This document shows, piece after piece, positions 19,610-29,421 of a stretch of DNA of 64,000 nt. Every line of letters begins with the position of its first letter. The first letter of the stretch is position 1. The notes beneath the pieces were generated by a model. The model saw only the letters and a list, made by a program, of their open reading frames with translations, did not search any database and was not told where the DNA came from. Made by a program: the position numbers and the translations under genes. Origin of the DNA: an uncultured virus (IMG/VR IMGVR_UViG_3300022555_000014) (taxonomy: Duplodnaviria; Heunggongvirae; Uroviricota; Caudoviricetes); the IMG/VR virus record IMGVR_UViG_3300022555_000014; one strand, given 5' to 3'.

Positions 19610-22600
19610 ATGTCTTATAGATTCTTCGGTAGTGTCTCTGTTCAGCGTAATTTGACTGTTGGTCAAGACGCAACTGTCACCGGTACTTTAACAGTTAACG
19701 GCACTGCTTTAGTACCAACGGTTACAGCTACTGATAGCTCAACTAACGCGGCTAGCACAGCTTTCGTTAACAACTACGTAACAGCTCAGAACTACGTTAC
19801 AGGTAACCAGAATATCACTATTTCTGGTGACGCTAGCGGTTCTGGTACCACTGCTATTACCATTACTTTACCTACTATCAATTCAAACACTACTGCTGTT
19901 GGCTCAGCAACTGTAGTTCCTGTGATTACAGCCAACGCTAAAGGTCAAGTTACTTCTATATCAACAGCAACTATTTCAATTCCGTCTACTGCGGTTTCTG
20001 GTCTAGGGACCATGGCCGCTCAGTCAGCTAACGGTGTTAATATTACTGGTGGTACCATTACCGGTATGTCAGTTGCCACTAATCCTACCGACGTGGTTAT
20101 TCTTTCTCAAGTCAATACTTTGCTAGCGACTGGTCCACACGACTATCGTCAAGCTACTGCAATTTTCTCTTCTAACGTGTCTATTACCTCCCCTGGAGCC
20201 ATGACCGACGGTTCTTACAGTGTAACTAACGGTAAGACTATTCTTTTGATTGGTCAGTTAACCGGATCACAGAATGGTCCTTGGGTTTACAACGGTGCTA
20301 GTTCAGCTTTAACTCGCCCAACTGATTATGCTGCCGCGTCTAGCCAAACCGACAAACTGGTTTATTCCATTGTTGGTTCTGGGTCCACCAAACAGAACTG
20401 GCAGTACATTTGTAACACTACTCCAGTAACCGTTGATACCACGGCTACCACTTGGGGTATTTTCCAACCTCAAATTTCGGCTTCTACTCCACTGTCAATT
20501 TCAGGCGGTGTTATTTCAATTCAAGATCCTATCCCTAACAGTTACGGTGGTACTGGTACCGACACAGTGTTCCCCGGCGGATCAATTGTTTTCGCTGCTA
20601 CTGACGGTTCCTACACCCAAGACAATGCTAACCTTTTCTGGGATGCTACTAACGCGCGGTTAGGCGTCGGCACCATTACTCCTGGTTACTCGTTTGATAC
20701 TACCGGATCAATTCGTGGTTCCACCCTTATTTCAACCGTTGCAACCGGTACCGCCCCGTTAACTGTAGCCTCTACTACTAAAGTCGTTAATCTAAACGCT
20801 GACCAGTTAGACGGCAACGATTCTACTTATTTTGCTCCTATCGCTTCCCCTAACTTCTCTGGGACCGTAACCGCTCCGACACCGACTGCTGGTGACAGTT
20901 CCACTAAAGTTGCTACCACAGCGTTTTTATCTGCTTACGCTTTGCTAAACTCTCCTACATTCACTGGTAGTCCTACTGCACCGACGGTAACTGCTACTGA
21001 TTCCAGTACTAAACTAGCAACTACTTCTTTCGTTAATAACTATGTAACTAGCCAGTCGTTTTTAACAGGAAATCAATCAATTTCTGTAACGGGTGACGCA
21101 AGCGGTTCAGGTACTACTAGTATTGCCGTAACCCTTAAGACCGTTAACAGCAACACTACGGCGGTTGGAAGTAGCTCAGTAGTTCCGGTTATTACAGCAA
21201 ACGCTAAGGGGTTAGTCACTTCTATTTCAAGTGCTACTATCACTCCTGTGGCTATTGGTGCTGCACCAATAAATAGTCCGGCGTTGACTGGAGTCCCTAC
21301 GGCTCCTACAGTAACAGCTACTGATAATTCTGATGCTATTGCCACCACAGCTTTCGTTGCTAACTTAGGCTTGCTTCCTTCGGCTACTGCCGCTACTACC
21401 TACGCTCCGATTAACAGTCCAAGTCTTACTGGGTCACCTACCGCTCCTACCCAGTCAACTGCTGACAGCTCTACAGCAATCGCTACCACTGCTTTCGTTG
21501 ATTCTTATACAACCTCTGCCTTGACTCCCTACGCCAAATTAGCGTCTCCAACGTTCACCGGAGTCGTACAGGCACCGACTGTTACCAGTACTGACAATTC
21601 AACGAGCGTGGCGACCAGTGCTTTCGTCAAGAGCTTGGGCTATCTTACAGGTAACCAGACTGTTTCTTTAACTGGAGACGCATCAGGTTCTGGTACCACC
21701 AGTATTGCTGTAACCTTACCTACTGTTAATTCCACTACTACTGCTGTTGGAAGTAGCTCAGTTGTTCCAGTTATTACTGCTAACGGTAAGGGATTAGTAA
21801 CCTCTATTACTACAGCTACTATCACCCCAGCTGCTATCGGGGCGGCACCTTTGAGTAGTCCTGGATTGACGGGAGTCCCTACAGCACCGACTGTTACTAG
21901 TACTGATTCTAGCACGAGCTTGGCTACCACAGCTTTCGTTCACGCTTACGGAACGGCTGGGTCAGGGTCAGGTTTGAACGCTGACTTGTTGGATGGTCAG
22001 CATGGGCCTTATTACGCTCCTGTAAACTCTCCTAATCTTACAGGTACTCCTACCGCACCAACAGTTACTGTAACTGACAACTCTACCTCAATTGCTACTA
22101 CAGCTTTCGTGCAAGGCTTTGTTAACAACGCTGTTACATCAGCCTTATCTTACAAAGGTACTCGTGACGTTACTACCTTAGCTCCTCCAGCTTCACCGGC
22201 TACTGGTGCTATGTACCGTGTAACTGTTACAGGTGCTCCTTACACTGGCTGGGTGTTTAGCACCACGGTTACTACAGTTGACGCTGGCGATTTCGTAGTT
22301 TACAACGGGACCGACTGGGATCGATTGGCAGAGACTAACCCCAACGTGGTTAGTGGGACAAATATTACCGTCAGTCCTACCGGGGATTACACTTACTCTG
22401 TGGCGTTAGCAAGCAGCCCAGCATTAGCGGGAACACCTACCGCTCCTACACCAACTGCTGGTGACTCATCTACTCAGATTGCCACCACGGCGTTTATTAC
22501 CACTAGTTTTGCTCCTCGGGTGTCTCCAACCTTTACTGGTAATCCTAAGGCTCCTACAGTAACAGTAACCGACAACTCTACTTCAATTGCCACCAGTGCT

Positions 22601-23956
22601 TATGTGCAGGCTGTTGTTGGCAGTTACGCACCCCTTAGCAGTCCTGCTTTGACAGGGTCTCCTACTGCTCCTACTGTTACAGCAACCGATAGTTCAACCA
22701 AATTAGCTACTACGGCTTTCGTTGGTAACTACGTTACCAGTCTATCTCTACTCTCTACAGGTACAGCAGCTTCTACTTACGCGCCTCTTGCTTCTCCGAC
22801 GTTCACCGGTACGGTTATTGCTCCCACAGTTACTAGCACTGACAACTCTACTAAGGTTGCCACAACAGCCTTTGTTAACGCTTACGTTAGTGGCAGTTAC
22901 GCTCCTATCGCTTCTCCGACGTTCACAGGGCTGCCTAAGGCACCAACAGTCACTAGTACTGATAACTCAACGTCGTTGGCAACTACCGCGTGGGTTAAAG
23001 GACTTAATCTAGCCCCTATAGCGTCCCCGGCGTTTACTGGTAATCCCACAGCTCCGACTGTTACCAGTACTGACAACTCAACTAATATTGCTACTACTGC
23101 CTTCATTGCTAGCTTAGGCTTGCTTCCTTCGGCTACTGCCACTACTACCTACGCTCCTATTGCGTCTCCGGCGCTGACTGGAGTTCCTACCGCTCCTACG
23201 CCGTCAACCACTGATAATTCTACTAAGATTGCCACAACTGCTTTCGTGGTTAATCAGGCTTATTTGACCGCATCAAGTGCTGCTAGTACCTACGCACCCC
23301 TAGTGTCTCCTTCATTTTCAGGTACACCTACTGCCCCTACCCCAACAAGCACGGATTCTAGCACTAAATTAGCCACAACAGCCTGGGTTTCTGGTAAGGG
23401 ATTCTTAACCGGTAACCAATCTATTAGTCTAACTGGTGACGCTACTGGCTCTGGTACCACTAGTATTGCTGTAACCTTACCAACAGTTAACAGTAACACT
23501 GCTACTTATGGCTCGACCTCAGTTGTTCCAGTTATTACCGCTAACGGTAAGGGATTAGTAACCTCTATTACTACAGCTACTATCACCCCGGCTGCTATCG
23601 GGGCAGCACCACTTAACAGCCCTAATCTTACAGGCACACCTACTTCTGTCACACCAACGGCTGGTGATTCGTCTACTAACATCGCTACCACTGCTTTCGT
23701 AGCTAGCTCGGTAAGTTCTAGGTATACTGCCACGTTCACTACTGGAAGTTGGGCGGGAACTGGTCCGTATACTCTTTCCTATACAGCAGCAACACACGGT
23801 CGTGGAGCCAATCCTATAATTTCTATTTACTCAGGCGCTTCTTCTCCGTTCTCTCTGGTACTACCCGATAGTACAACAATCGACAGCTCAGGTAACATTA
23901 CAATATCTGTTCCAACTGTAGGGTTAACGTTCGCAGGCAAGATTGTGGTTCTCTAA
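19610..23956 (+). CDS. Long modular tail fibre protein
   Basis: Start ATG 19610 (MSYRFFGS, paralogous to 11334) after AAGGAA. More than 15 fibre repeats, four 'GDASGSGTT...VPVITANxKG' modules, one 'YKGT...W' module and the shared C-terminal 'THGRG' domain. Confidence 0.88.
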   Translation: MSYRFFGSVSVQRNLTVGQDATVTGTLTVNGTALVPTVTATDSSTNAASTAFVNNYVTAQNYVTGNQNITISGDASGSGTTAITITLPTINSNTTAVGSATVVPVITANAKGQVTSISTATISIPSTAVSGLGTMAAQSANGVNITGGTITGMSVATNPTDVVILSQVNTLLATGPHDYRQATAIFSSNVSITSPGAMTDGSYSVTNGKTILLIGQLTGSQNGPWVYNGASSALTRPTDYAAASSQTDKLVYSIVGSGSTKQNWQYICNTTPVTVDTTATTWGIFQPQISASTPLSISGGVISIQDPIPNSYGGTGTDTVFPGGSIVFAATDGSYTQDNANLFWDATNARLGVGTITPGYSFDTTGSIRGSTLISTVATGTAPLTVASTTKVVNLNADQLDGNDSTYFAPIASPNFSGTVTAPTPTAGDSSTKVATTAFLSAYALLNSPTFTGSPTAPTVTATDSSTKLATTSFVNNYVTSQSFLTGNQSISVTGDASGSGTTSIAVTLKTVNSNTTAVGSSSVVPVITANAKGLVTSISSATITPVAIGAAPINSPALTGVPTAPTVTATDNSDAIATTAFVANLGLLPSATAATTYAPINSPSLTGSPTAPTQSTADSSTAIATTAFVDSYTTSALTPYAKLASPTFTGVVQAPTVTSTDNSTSVATSAFVKSLGYLTGNQTVSLTGDASGSGTTSIAVTLPTVNSTTTAVGSSSVVPVITANGKGLVTSITTATITPAAIGAAPLSSPGLTGVPTAPTVTSTDSSTSLATTAFVHAYGTAGSGSGLNADLLDGQHGPYYAPVNSPNLTGTPTAPTVTVTDNSTSIATTAFVQGFVNNAVTSALSYKGTRDVTTLAPPASPATGAMYRVTVTGAPYTGWVFSTTVTTVDAGDFVVYNGTDWDRLAETNPNVVSGTNITVSPTGDYTYSVALASSPALAGTPTAPTPTAGDSSTQIATTAFITTSFAPRVSPTFTGNPKAPTVTVTDNSTSIATSAYVQAVVGSYAPLSSPALTGSPTAPTVTATDSSTKLATTAFVGNYVTSLSLLSTGTAASTYAPLASPTFTGTVIAPTVTSTDNSTKVATTAFVNAYVSGSYAPIASPTFTGLPKAPTVTSTDNSTSLATTAWVKGLNLAPIASPAFTGNPTAPTVTSTDNSTNIATTAFIASLGLLPSATATTTYAPIASPALTGVPTAPTPSTTDNSTKIATTAFVVNQAYLTASSAASTYAPLVSPSFSGTPTAPTPTSTDSSTKLATTAWVSGKGFLTGNQSISLTGDATGSGTTSIAVTLPTVNSNTATYGSTSVVPVITANGKGLVTSITTATITPAAIGAAPLNSPNLTGTPTSVTPTAGDSSTNIATTAFVASSVSSRYTATFTTGSWAGTGPYTLSYTAATHGRGANPIISIYSGASSPFSLVLPDSTTIDSSGNITISVPTVGLTFAGKIVVL

Positions 23957-24325
23957 TCCTAAAACTTAATTTTAAGGGAACCTTGGGAATCAAAAAGCCC
24001 AGGGTTCCCATCCTTCTTAAAAATAAAAATGTTAACCTAATGCCTATAGATAATAAGCTCAGCTACTCTAGCCGTCGTTTCTAATCCAGCCACTATCTCC
24101 AATACTTTGAAATTTATCTTGAAGTAGCCACCAATGGCTGGCCTTCAGATTCTAACTGCCTAATAACTAGGTTACTTCGGTTAATTTGCCGGTAAAGACG
24201 ACTGTGTAGTTCACATTTCTGCACAGCAGTCTTTTTAACAATTCTTAATTTTGATTGTAGACAAACTAGCCTGACATATTTTGAAATTTAATTAGACTTT
24301 AAGTTTAGAAAGAAGGATTTAAACT

Positions 24326-27300
24326 ACGCCTTATTCTATTGCCGGAGACTTCACAGTAGGTAGAAACCTATCTACGTCAGGTACCATAACAGCCACCACT
24401 GTTACCAGTACTGACAACTCAACTAACGTTGCTACTACTGCCTTTGTCACCAACGCCGTTTCTGGATTGGGTTCAGGTACCACCTTTACCGCTTCTGGTT
24501 CTATTACTGCTGGTGCTCCCGTTGCTTTGAACAATGACGGTACTGTTAGTCAAGTCACACAGGTCACCTACACCACTACGCCTGGTAACCCAGTAATATT
24601 TAACTGTGCTGTAACTATGAATTATTTTTCATCCTCTTGTTATATAGGGAATAGTCAGGTATTAGTAGCTTACAGTGATAGAAATTATGTAGGTTGCTTA
24701 ATTTTAGGTACAGTGTCAGGCTCTTCTGTTATCTGGGGAAAACCAGTAGTCTTCAACTCTCTTGGAATCAAGTCTGTATCCTTAATTTGGACAGGTTCTC
24801 AATTTGTTGTAACGTATGTTGATTCAGGTAATTCTAGCTACGGTACATCTATTGTCGGTTCTGTGTCAGGTACAACTCTTATTCTAGGTTCTCCAGTGGT
24901 ATTCAATTCAAATACCACTGGTTTTACAGCCTCTTGCTGGGACTCCGCTGATTCTAAAATCATAGTAGCTTACACAAATTCTAGTAATTTTGGTTATTCT
25001 TCAGTAGGGACAATTTCTGGTACAGGCGCTTCCTCCACTATTTCTTTTGGTACACCTGTCTCATTTTACTCGTCTTCAGCTATAAATAATGGAGTAGCTA
25101 TTTGCTGGGACTCCTCTGACAGTAAGGTTGTTATAGCTTACTCTGGCTCTGGCAACTACGGGTTCGCCATTGTAGGGTCTGTATCAGGAACCAACCTTAG
25201 TTTTGGTAGTGCAGCTTATTTTTATAGTACAAATACTGCTAATTTGTTTAGTATTTGCTACACTACTGGTAGTAAAGTAGTAGTAGCCTCCTGTTCTTAC
25301 AGTGCTGGTCAAACTATAGTAGTAGTTGGTACAGTATCTGGTACTAGTATATCTTTTGGTTCAATAAATGCACCAACTAATGGCGTAATCTCTTTAGGAT
25401 TAGCTTGGGATTCAACCGATTCGAGGGTAATATTCTCTTATTTACCTACAGGCAGTACTTACGGTTATACTGTAGTAATCTTCATATCGGGTACTTCTAT
25501 TAGCGTTGGTGGAGCTTCTCAATACAACGGTAATGCAGCTTCTTCAGGCGTGGTGTCCCTGTGCTGGGATTCCACGGATTCTAAACTTATCACGGTATAC
25601 AATTACGATTCAAGTGCTTTTATTGGATACTCAATAATAGGAACTTATTCTAGCGACTCTATAACTTATGGCACTGGTACGGCTATCCTATCCTCGGGGG
25701 TTAGTTCTTACTTTTCATCTTGTTTTGACTCAGCCGACGGTAAAGTTATCATCGCTTATAAAGACGCTGGTAACAATAACTACGGTACTGTTATAGTAGG
25801 TACGGTATCTGGTACCTCTATCTCTTTTGGTAATCCAGTAGTTTTCAACAGCGCAGTTACTAACTATATAACATCTTGCTATACAACCGGTAGCACTATT
25901 GCAATAGCTTATCAGAATATGGGTAACAGTCAATACGGTACAGCTGTTATCGGTACAGTGTCTGGTACATCAATAAGTTTTGGTACTCCTGTTGTCTTTA
26001 ATTCTGCTAATACTATATGGACCTCTATGGTCTGGGATGCTGCAGATTCTAAAATAATACTAGCTTATCAAAATGCGTCTAATACCTACGGTTATTCCAA
26101 AGTAGGTACAGTATCTGGTAATTCTATTAGCTTTGGCGCTCCTAATTCTTTTAGCTCTAATCATTATAGCGATAATATTTCTGTGATTTGGGACTCTATC
26201 AATTCTAAAGTAGTGATAACTTATCAGGACAGTACCAATAGCGGTATAATTGTTATTGGTACTGTATCCGGTACTAGCATTTCTTTCGGTACTCCAGTAA
26301 CTTTTACGCCAAATTCCGTTGTTTATATAGCTTCTTGCTATGACTCCACTGACGGTAAAGTAATCATAGCGTACAGTGATTCAAATAACGGTAGTTATGG
26401 AACTATTATAGTTGGTACTGTTTCTGGAACTTCTATAACATTAGGTACAGCAGTAATATTTAACTCAGCGGTTACACACTATATTTCAATCGCTTATGAC
26501 TCTTATGACAACCAAGTCTGTATCTGCTATCAGAACGCAGGTAACAGCAACTACGGTACTGCTGTAATCGGTTCGGTTTCTGGCACAGGCTCATCAGCCA
26601 CTGTTACTCTCACTGACTCCTTACTAGTTGCTGGTAACACAGTCGTTACTTACACCTCTGTCTGCTACGACTCAACGGACAAACAGTTCGTGTTATCCTA
26701 CAATGATACTACTAATGCGCGTGGGGCTACAACAGTAGCACCTAATTTATCAGTTTACGGTCTACCTGTACGGTTTAATAATACATCCTCTAACGCCACA
26801 CCTAATGTTTGTTACTTAGGTAACAGTAAGATTGCTGTTACTTTTGGTAATAGTACTACTAGTGGTCAAGTGGTGATAGGTACCGTATCCGGTAGTTCAA
26901 TAACTTTTGGAACCCCTGTAACCTTTTACAGCTCTAGAGTATTGTTTACATCAATTTGCTACGCTACAAATAATACCATTGTGATTGCCTGTAACGCTTA
27001 CAGTAACAACTACGGTTACGCTGTTGTGGGAACTGTGTCAGGCAACACTATTACATTAGGTAGCCCTGTAAACTTTGGTGCTAGTGTTGCTATTTACGCT
27101 GTTAACGTTAACTACGATCCAGTTAATAATAAAGTAGCGTTATTCTATACGCTACAGTCCGATGGCAGTGTTAAAGGGGTAGTTGGTACTGTATCAGGAA
27201 CTACTATAAGTTTTGGTACTGCAGCAGGTTCAGGCCAGACATCAGTAGGCTCTATTAGCGTATGTTATCATTCTGGCGTCGGTAAATTTGTATTGAGCTA

Positions 27301-28057
27301 CCCTGTAATAGGTAATCCTCAATACGGTATATTGACCGTAGCTAGTATATCAGGTACTACTATGACACTAACCGGGTCTACTAGTTTTTCATTGAGTAGT
27401 GATCTGCAAACTTACGATCAAGTCTCCGTATGTTATGACCCTATTGATAACTTTATCATTGTTATCTACGGTGATGATAGTTCAAATATGTATGGCTATT
27501 ATATGATAGTTACTTTATCAGGAACTACTCTAACTCTAGGTACTCCACAGTTATTTAATTCTAATTACACAAGTTCTATATCTGTAGTTTATAATTCTGT
27601 AGATAGAAAAGTAGTGGTTAGTTATATGGATAATGTTAATAACTACGGCAATGTAAAGTACGGTACCGTCTCAGGTTCAGGAATAACTGCTACTATATCG
27701 TTCACTAACAGTTTTACAGTAGTGTCTTATGCAGGTAAAATCTACCCATGCTATGATCCAGACGACGATAAGTTGGTTTACGTATTTAATAACCCTACCA
27801 CTTACGGTAACGCTATAGTTATAGGAAGCGTAACTTCCAACGTCTCAAACTTACTAGGACTCTCCACCCAGACGGTCAGTAACGGTGCTTCAGTACCAGT
27901 AACCCTGTTTGACGGTGTCAACACAAACCAATCAGGGTTGACTACTGGTGCTATTTACTACGTGTCTAATGCCGGTACAATATCTACGACTACTTCTAAT
28001 TACCTGTTAGGTAAGGCGGTTTCTGCCACCTCCCTACTAGTAAAGTGTGGTTTCTAG
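24326..28057 (+). CDS. Large beta-propeller repeat virion protein with a non-canonical ACG at the start position
   Basis: The frame is open from 24323, after in-frame TAA 24320-22. AAGGA at 24313-17, then ACG 24326 giving (M)PYSIAGDFTVGRNL. About 50-aa repeats 'GTVSGTSISFGTPVVFNS...(W/Y)DSxDxKVIIAY'. Confidence 0.75.
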   Translation, partial: TPYSIAGDFTVGRNLSTSGTITATTVTSTDNSTNVATTAFVTNAVSGLGSGTTFTASGSITAGAPVALNNDGTVSQVTQVTYTTTPGNPVIFNCAVTMNYFSSSCYIGNSQVLVAYSDRNYVGCLILGTVSGSSVIWGKPVVFNSLGIKSVSLIWTGSQFVVTYVDSGNSSYGTSIVGSVSGTTLILGSPVVFNSNTTGFTASCWDSADSKIIVAYTNSSNFGYSSVGTISGTGASSTISFGTPVSFYSSSAINNGVAICWDSSDSKVVIAYSGSGNYGFAIVGSVSGTNLSFGSAAYFYSTNTANLFSICYTTGSKVVVASCSYSAGQTIVVVGTVSGTSISFGSINAPTNGVISLGLAWDSTDSRVIFSYLPTGSTYGYTVVIFISGTSISVGGASQYNGNAASSGVVSLCWDSTDSKLITVYNYDSSAFIGYSIIGTYSSDSITYGTGTAILSSGVSSYFSSCFDSADGKVIIAYKDAGNNNYGTVIVGTVSGTSISFGNPVVFNSAVTNYITSCYTTGSTIAIAYQNMGNSQYGTAVIGTVSGTSISFGTPVVFNSANTIWTSMVWDAADSKIILAYQNASNTYGYSKVGTVSGNSISFGAPNSFSSNHYSDNISVIWDSINSKVVITYQDSTNSGIIVIGTVSGTSISFGTPVTFTPNSVVYIASCYDSTDGKVIIAYSDSNNGSYGTIIVGTVSGTSITLGTAVIFNSAVTHYISIAYDSYDNQVCICYQNAGNSNYGTAVIGSVSGTGSSATVTLTDSLLVAGNTVVTYTSVCYDSTDKQFVLSYNDTTNARGATTVAPNLSVYGLPVRFNNTSSNATPNVCYLGNSKIAVTFGNSTTSGQVVIGTVSGSSITFGTPVTFYSSRVLFTSICYATNNTIVIACNAYSNNYGYAVVGTVSGNTITLGSPVNFGASVAIYAVNVNYDPVNNKVALFYTLQSDGSVKGVVGTVSGTTISFGTAAGSGQTSVGSISVCYHSGVGKFVLSYPVIGNPQYGILTVASISGTTMTLTGSTSFSLSSDLQTYDQVSVCYDPIDNFIIVIYGDDSSNMYGYYMIVTLSGTTLTLGTPQLFNSNYTSSISVVYNSVDRKVVVSYMDNVNNYGNVKYGTVSGSGITATISFTNSFTVVSYAGKIYPCYDPDDDKLVYVFNNPTTYGNAIVIGSVTSNVSNLLGLSTQTVSNGASVPVTLFDGVNTNQSGLTTGAIYYVSNAGTISTTTSNYLLGKAVSATSLLVKCGF

Positions 28058-28203
28058 AGTATTGAATACCTTTACTCAGATTCTTACAAGAACATTAAGC
28101 TTCTTGTAAGAATCTTTCTAGAATCTTTTTCTAATTCTGACTCGAGTTAGAATCTTAATTTTGGTTGTAAACTCCCTGACTCTTTTTAAATTGGACTCAC
28201 AAG

Positions 28204-28548
28204 ATGTTAGAAACTAGGGTTCAAAAACAGTTTGTAGGCCCAAAACACCCTTGGTACAGGAGTATTGACCGTACTTGCTTTTTATCTTCCAAACTCTATC
28301 ATGTAGGTCTACATCTTCTACTAGAAATCTGGAACTACAATCAAGCTAATTACAACAAACCAGGCTTCCAACGGCGTAGGATTCCTAGTCTAGGTGAACT
28401 AACTAAGCTCCTGAAACAGACTCTAGAATACCAAAAGCTTCCAGCCAAAGTAGCTAATGCTACTGTTAAGATGCTCCATGATGACTGGAAGTCCTTCGAA
28501 GCCTCTTGGTTTGACTTTTGGGAGTGGGCTAAAAGCAAGGACTTATAA
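28204..28548 (+). pseudogene. Stand-alone TnpB N-terminal fragment (no RuvC or Zn ribbon)
   Basis: 'HPWYRSIDRTCFLSSKLYHVGL...ELTKLLKQTLEYQKLPAKVANATVKMLHDDWKSF' matches the TnpB N-terminal pattern (ID..CF.SKNLYN...Y..LPAKV.Q.....L...WKSF). No IS ends seen. Confidence 0.7.
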
Positions 28549-28664
28549 TAGCTTAACAAACTTACATAAGACCTGCGACTACCTCCTAAAGTAATTAACG
28601 GGTTGGTTCTAAACAAACCAACCCTGTAATCCATAGTTAATCCTCCAAATAAGGACTCTCTCAA

Positions 28665-29327
28665 ACGCAAATCGTTCGTAACATCGCCACAAAGGTTGTT
28701 GTCTACACCTTCTCTGACTCTATTCCGTTAGCCTTCACACGGTTTGGACTCCAGACTCCTGAGTTCAATGCTCTGGACATTAATCCGTCCACCTTTGAAA
28801 TAGTTCAAGGTGTTCCTGCCTTACCGTCTAACATCCAGTTCGTAGGTAACGCGTTAACCTTTGACGGTACCTCCTGGGCTATCTCAGATCAAACAGCTTA
28901 CAACACGTTTATTGCTAACCAAACAGCACTAGACAAAACTGCTACTCTAGCTAAGCTTGACTCCTTAAGGGACTCCAAGTTAACTTCAACCTTCACGTTC
29001 CAGGGTTCGACTAACCCGGCTATCTCTTCGTTCCCGATGGGTAGTTCAGCTACGTCACAAGCTTCTTGGCAGTCACTTGGTATTATTTGTCTCAACTTGA
29101 TCGCTGCCGGTCAAGGCTCTACCGTTGTTTCCTTGTATCCGGACGACGGTGTTCCTGGTAGTGTTGTTTCTCTACCAGCTACTTCCATGTTGATTGTACT
29201 CAATGCGTACGCTGCCCGTCAACAGACTATTTGGACTTACTACAACAGCCTTGCCTCTACTCTTAACGCTGCTACCACTGAAGCCGCCCTAATTGCTGTT
29301 AACCTAACCGACGGTTGGCCTGCTTAA
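28665..29327 (+). CDS. DUF4376-like tail-fibre-associated protein with ACG at the start position
   Basis: The frame is open from 28653, after TAA 28650-52. AAGGA at 28651-55, then ACG 28665 giving (M)QIVRNIATKVVVY. The C-terminus 'LNAATTEAALIAVNLTDGWPA' resembles 49021..49719. Confidence 0.7.
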   Translation, partial: TQIVRNIATKVVVYTFSDSIPLAFTRFGLQTPEFNALDINPSTFEIVQGVPALPSNIQFVGNALTFDGTSWAISDQTAYNTFIANQTALDKTATLAKLDSLRDSKLTSTFTFQGSTNPAISSFPMGSSATSQASWQSLGIICLNLIAAGQGSTVVSLYPDDGVPGSVVSLPATSMLIVLNAYAARQQTIWTYYNSLASTLNAATTEAALIAVNLTDGWPA

Positions 29328-29350
29328 TACCGTACAACGCTACAAAGGTT

Positions 29351-29398
29351 AAAAACAAAAAAAGACAGAGGTTTAACTACTTCTGTCTTTTTTGTTTT
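29351..29398 (+). terminator. Intrinsic terminator
   Basis: AAAAACAAAAAAAGACAGAGG...CTTCTGTCTTTTTTGTTTT. Confidence 0.85.
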
Positions 29399-29421
29399 AG
29401 AGAGAAAGAGGTAATGTAGTC

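Noticed and set aside
24010..24240. Possible small gene or remnant in the 23957-24325 intergenic region
   Set aside because: Only short interrupted frames (one with 'NGWP') flanked by two hairpins, which is not enough to call.
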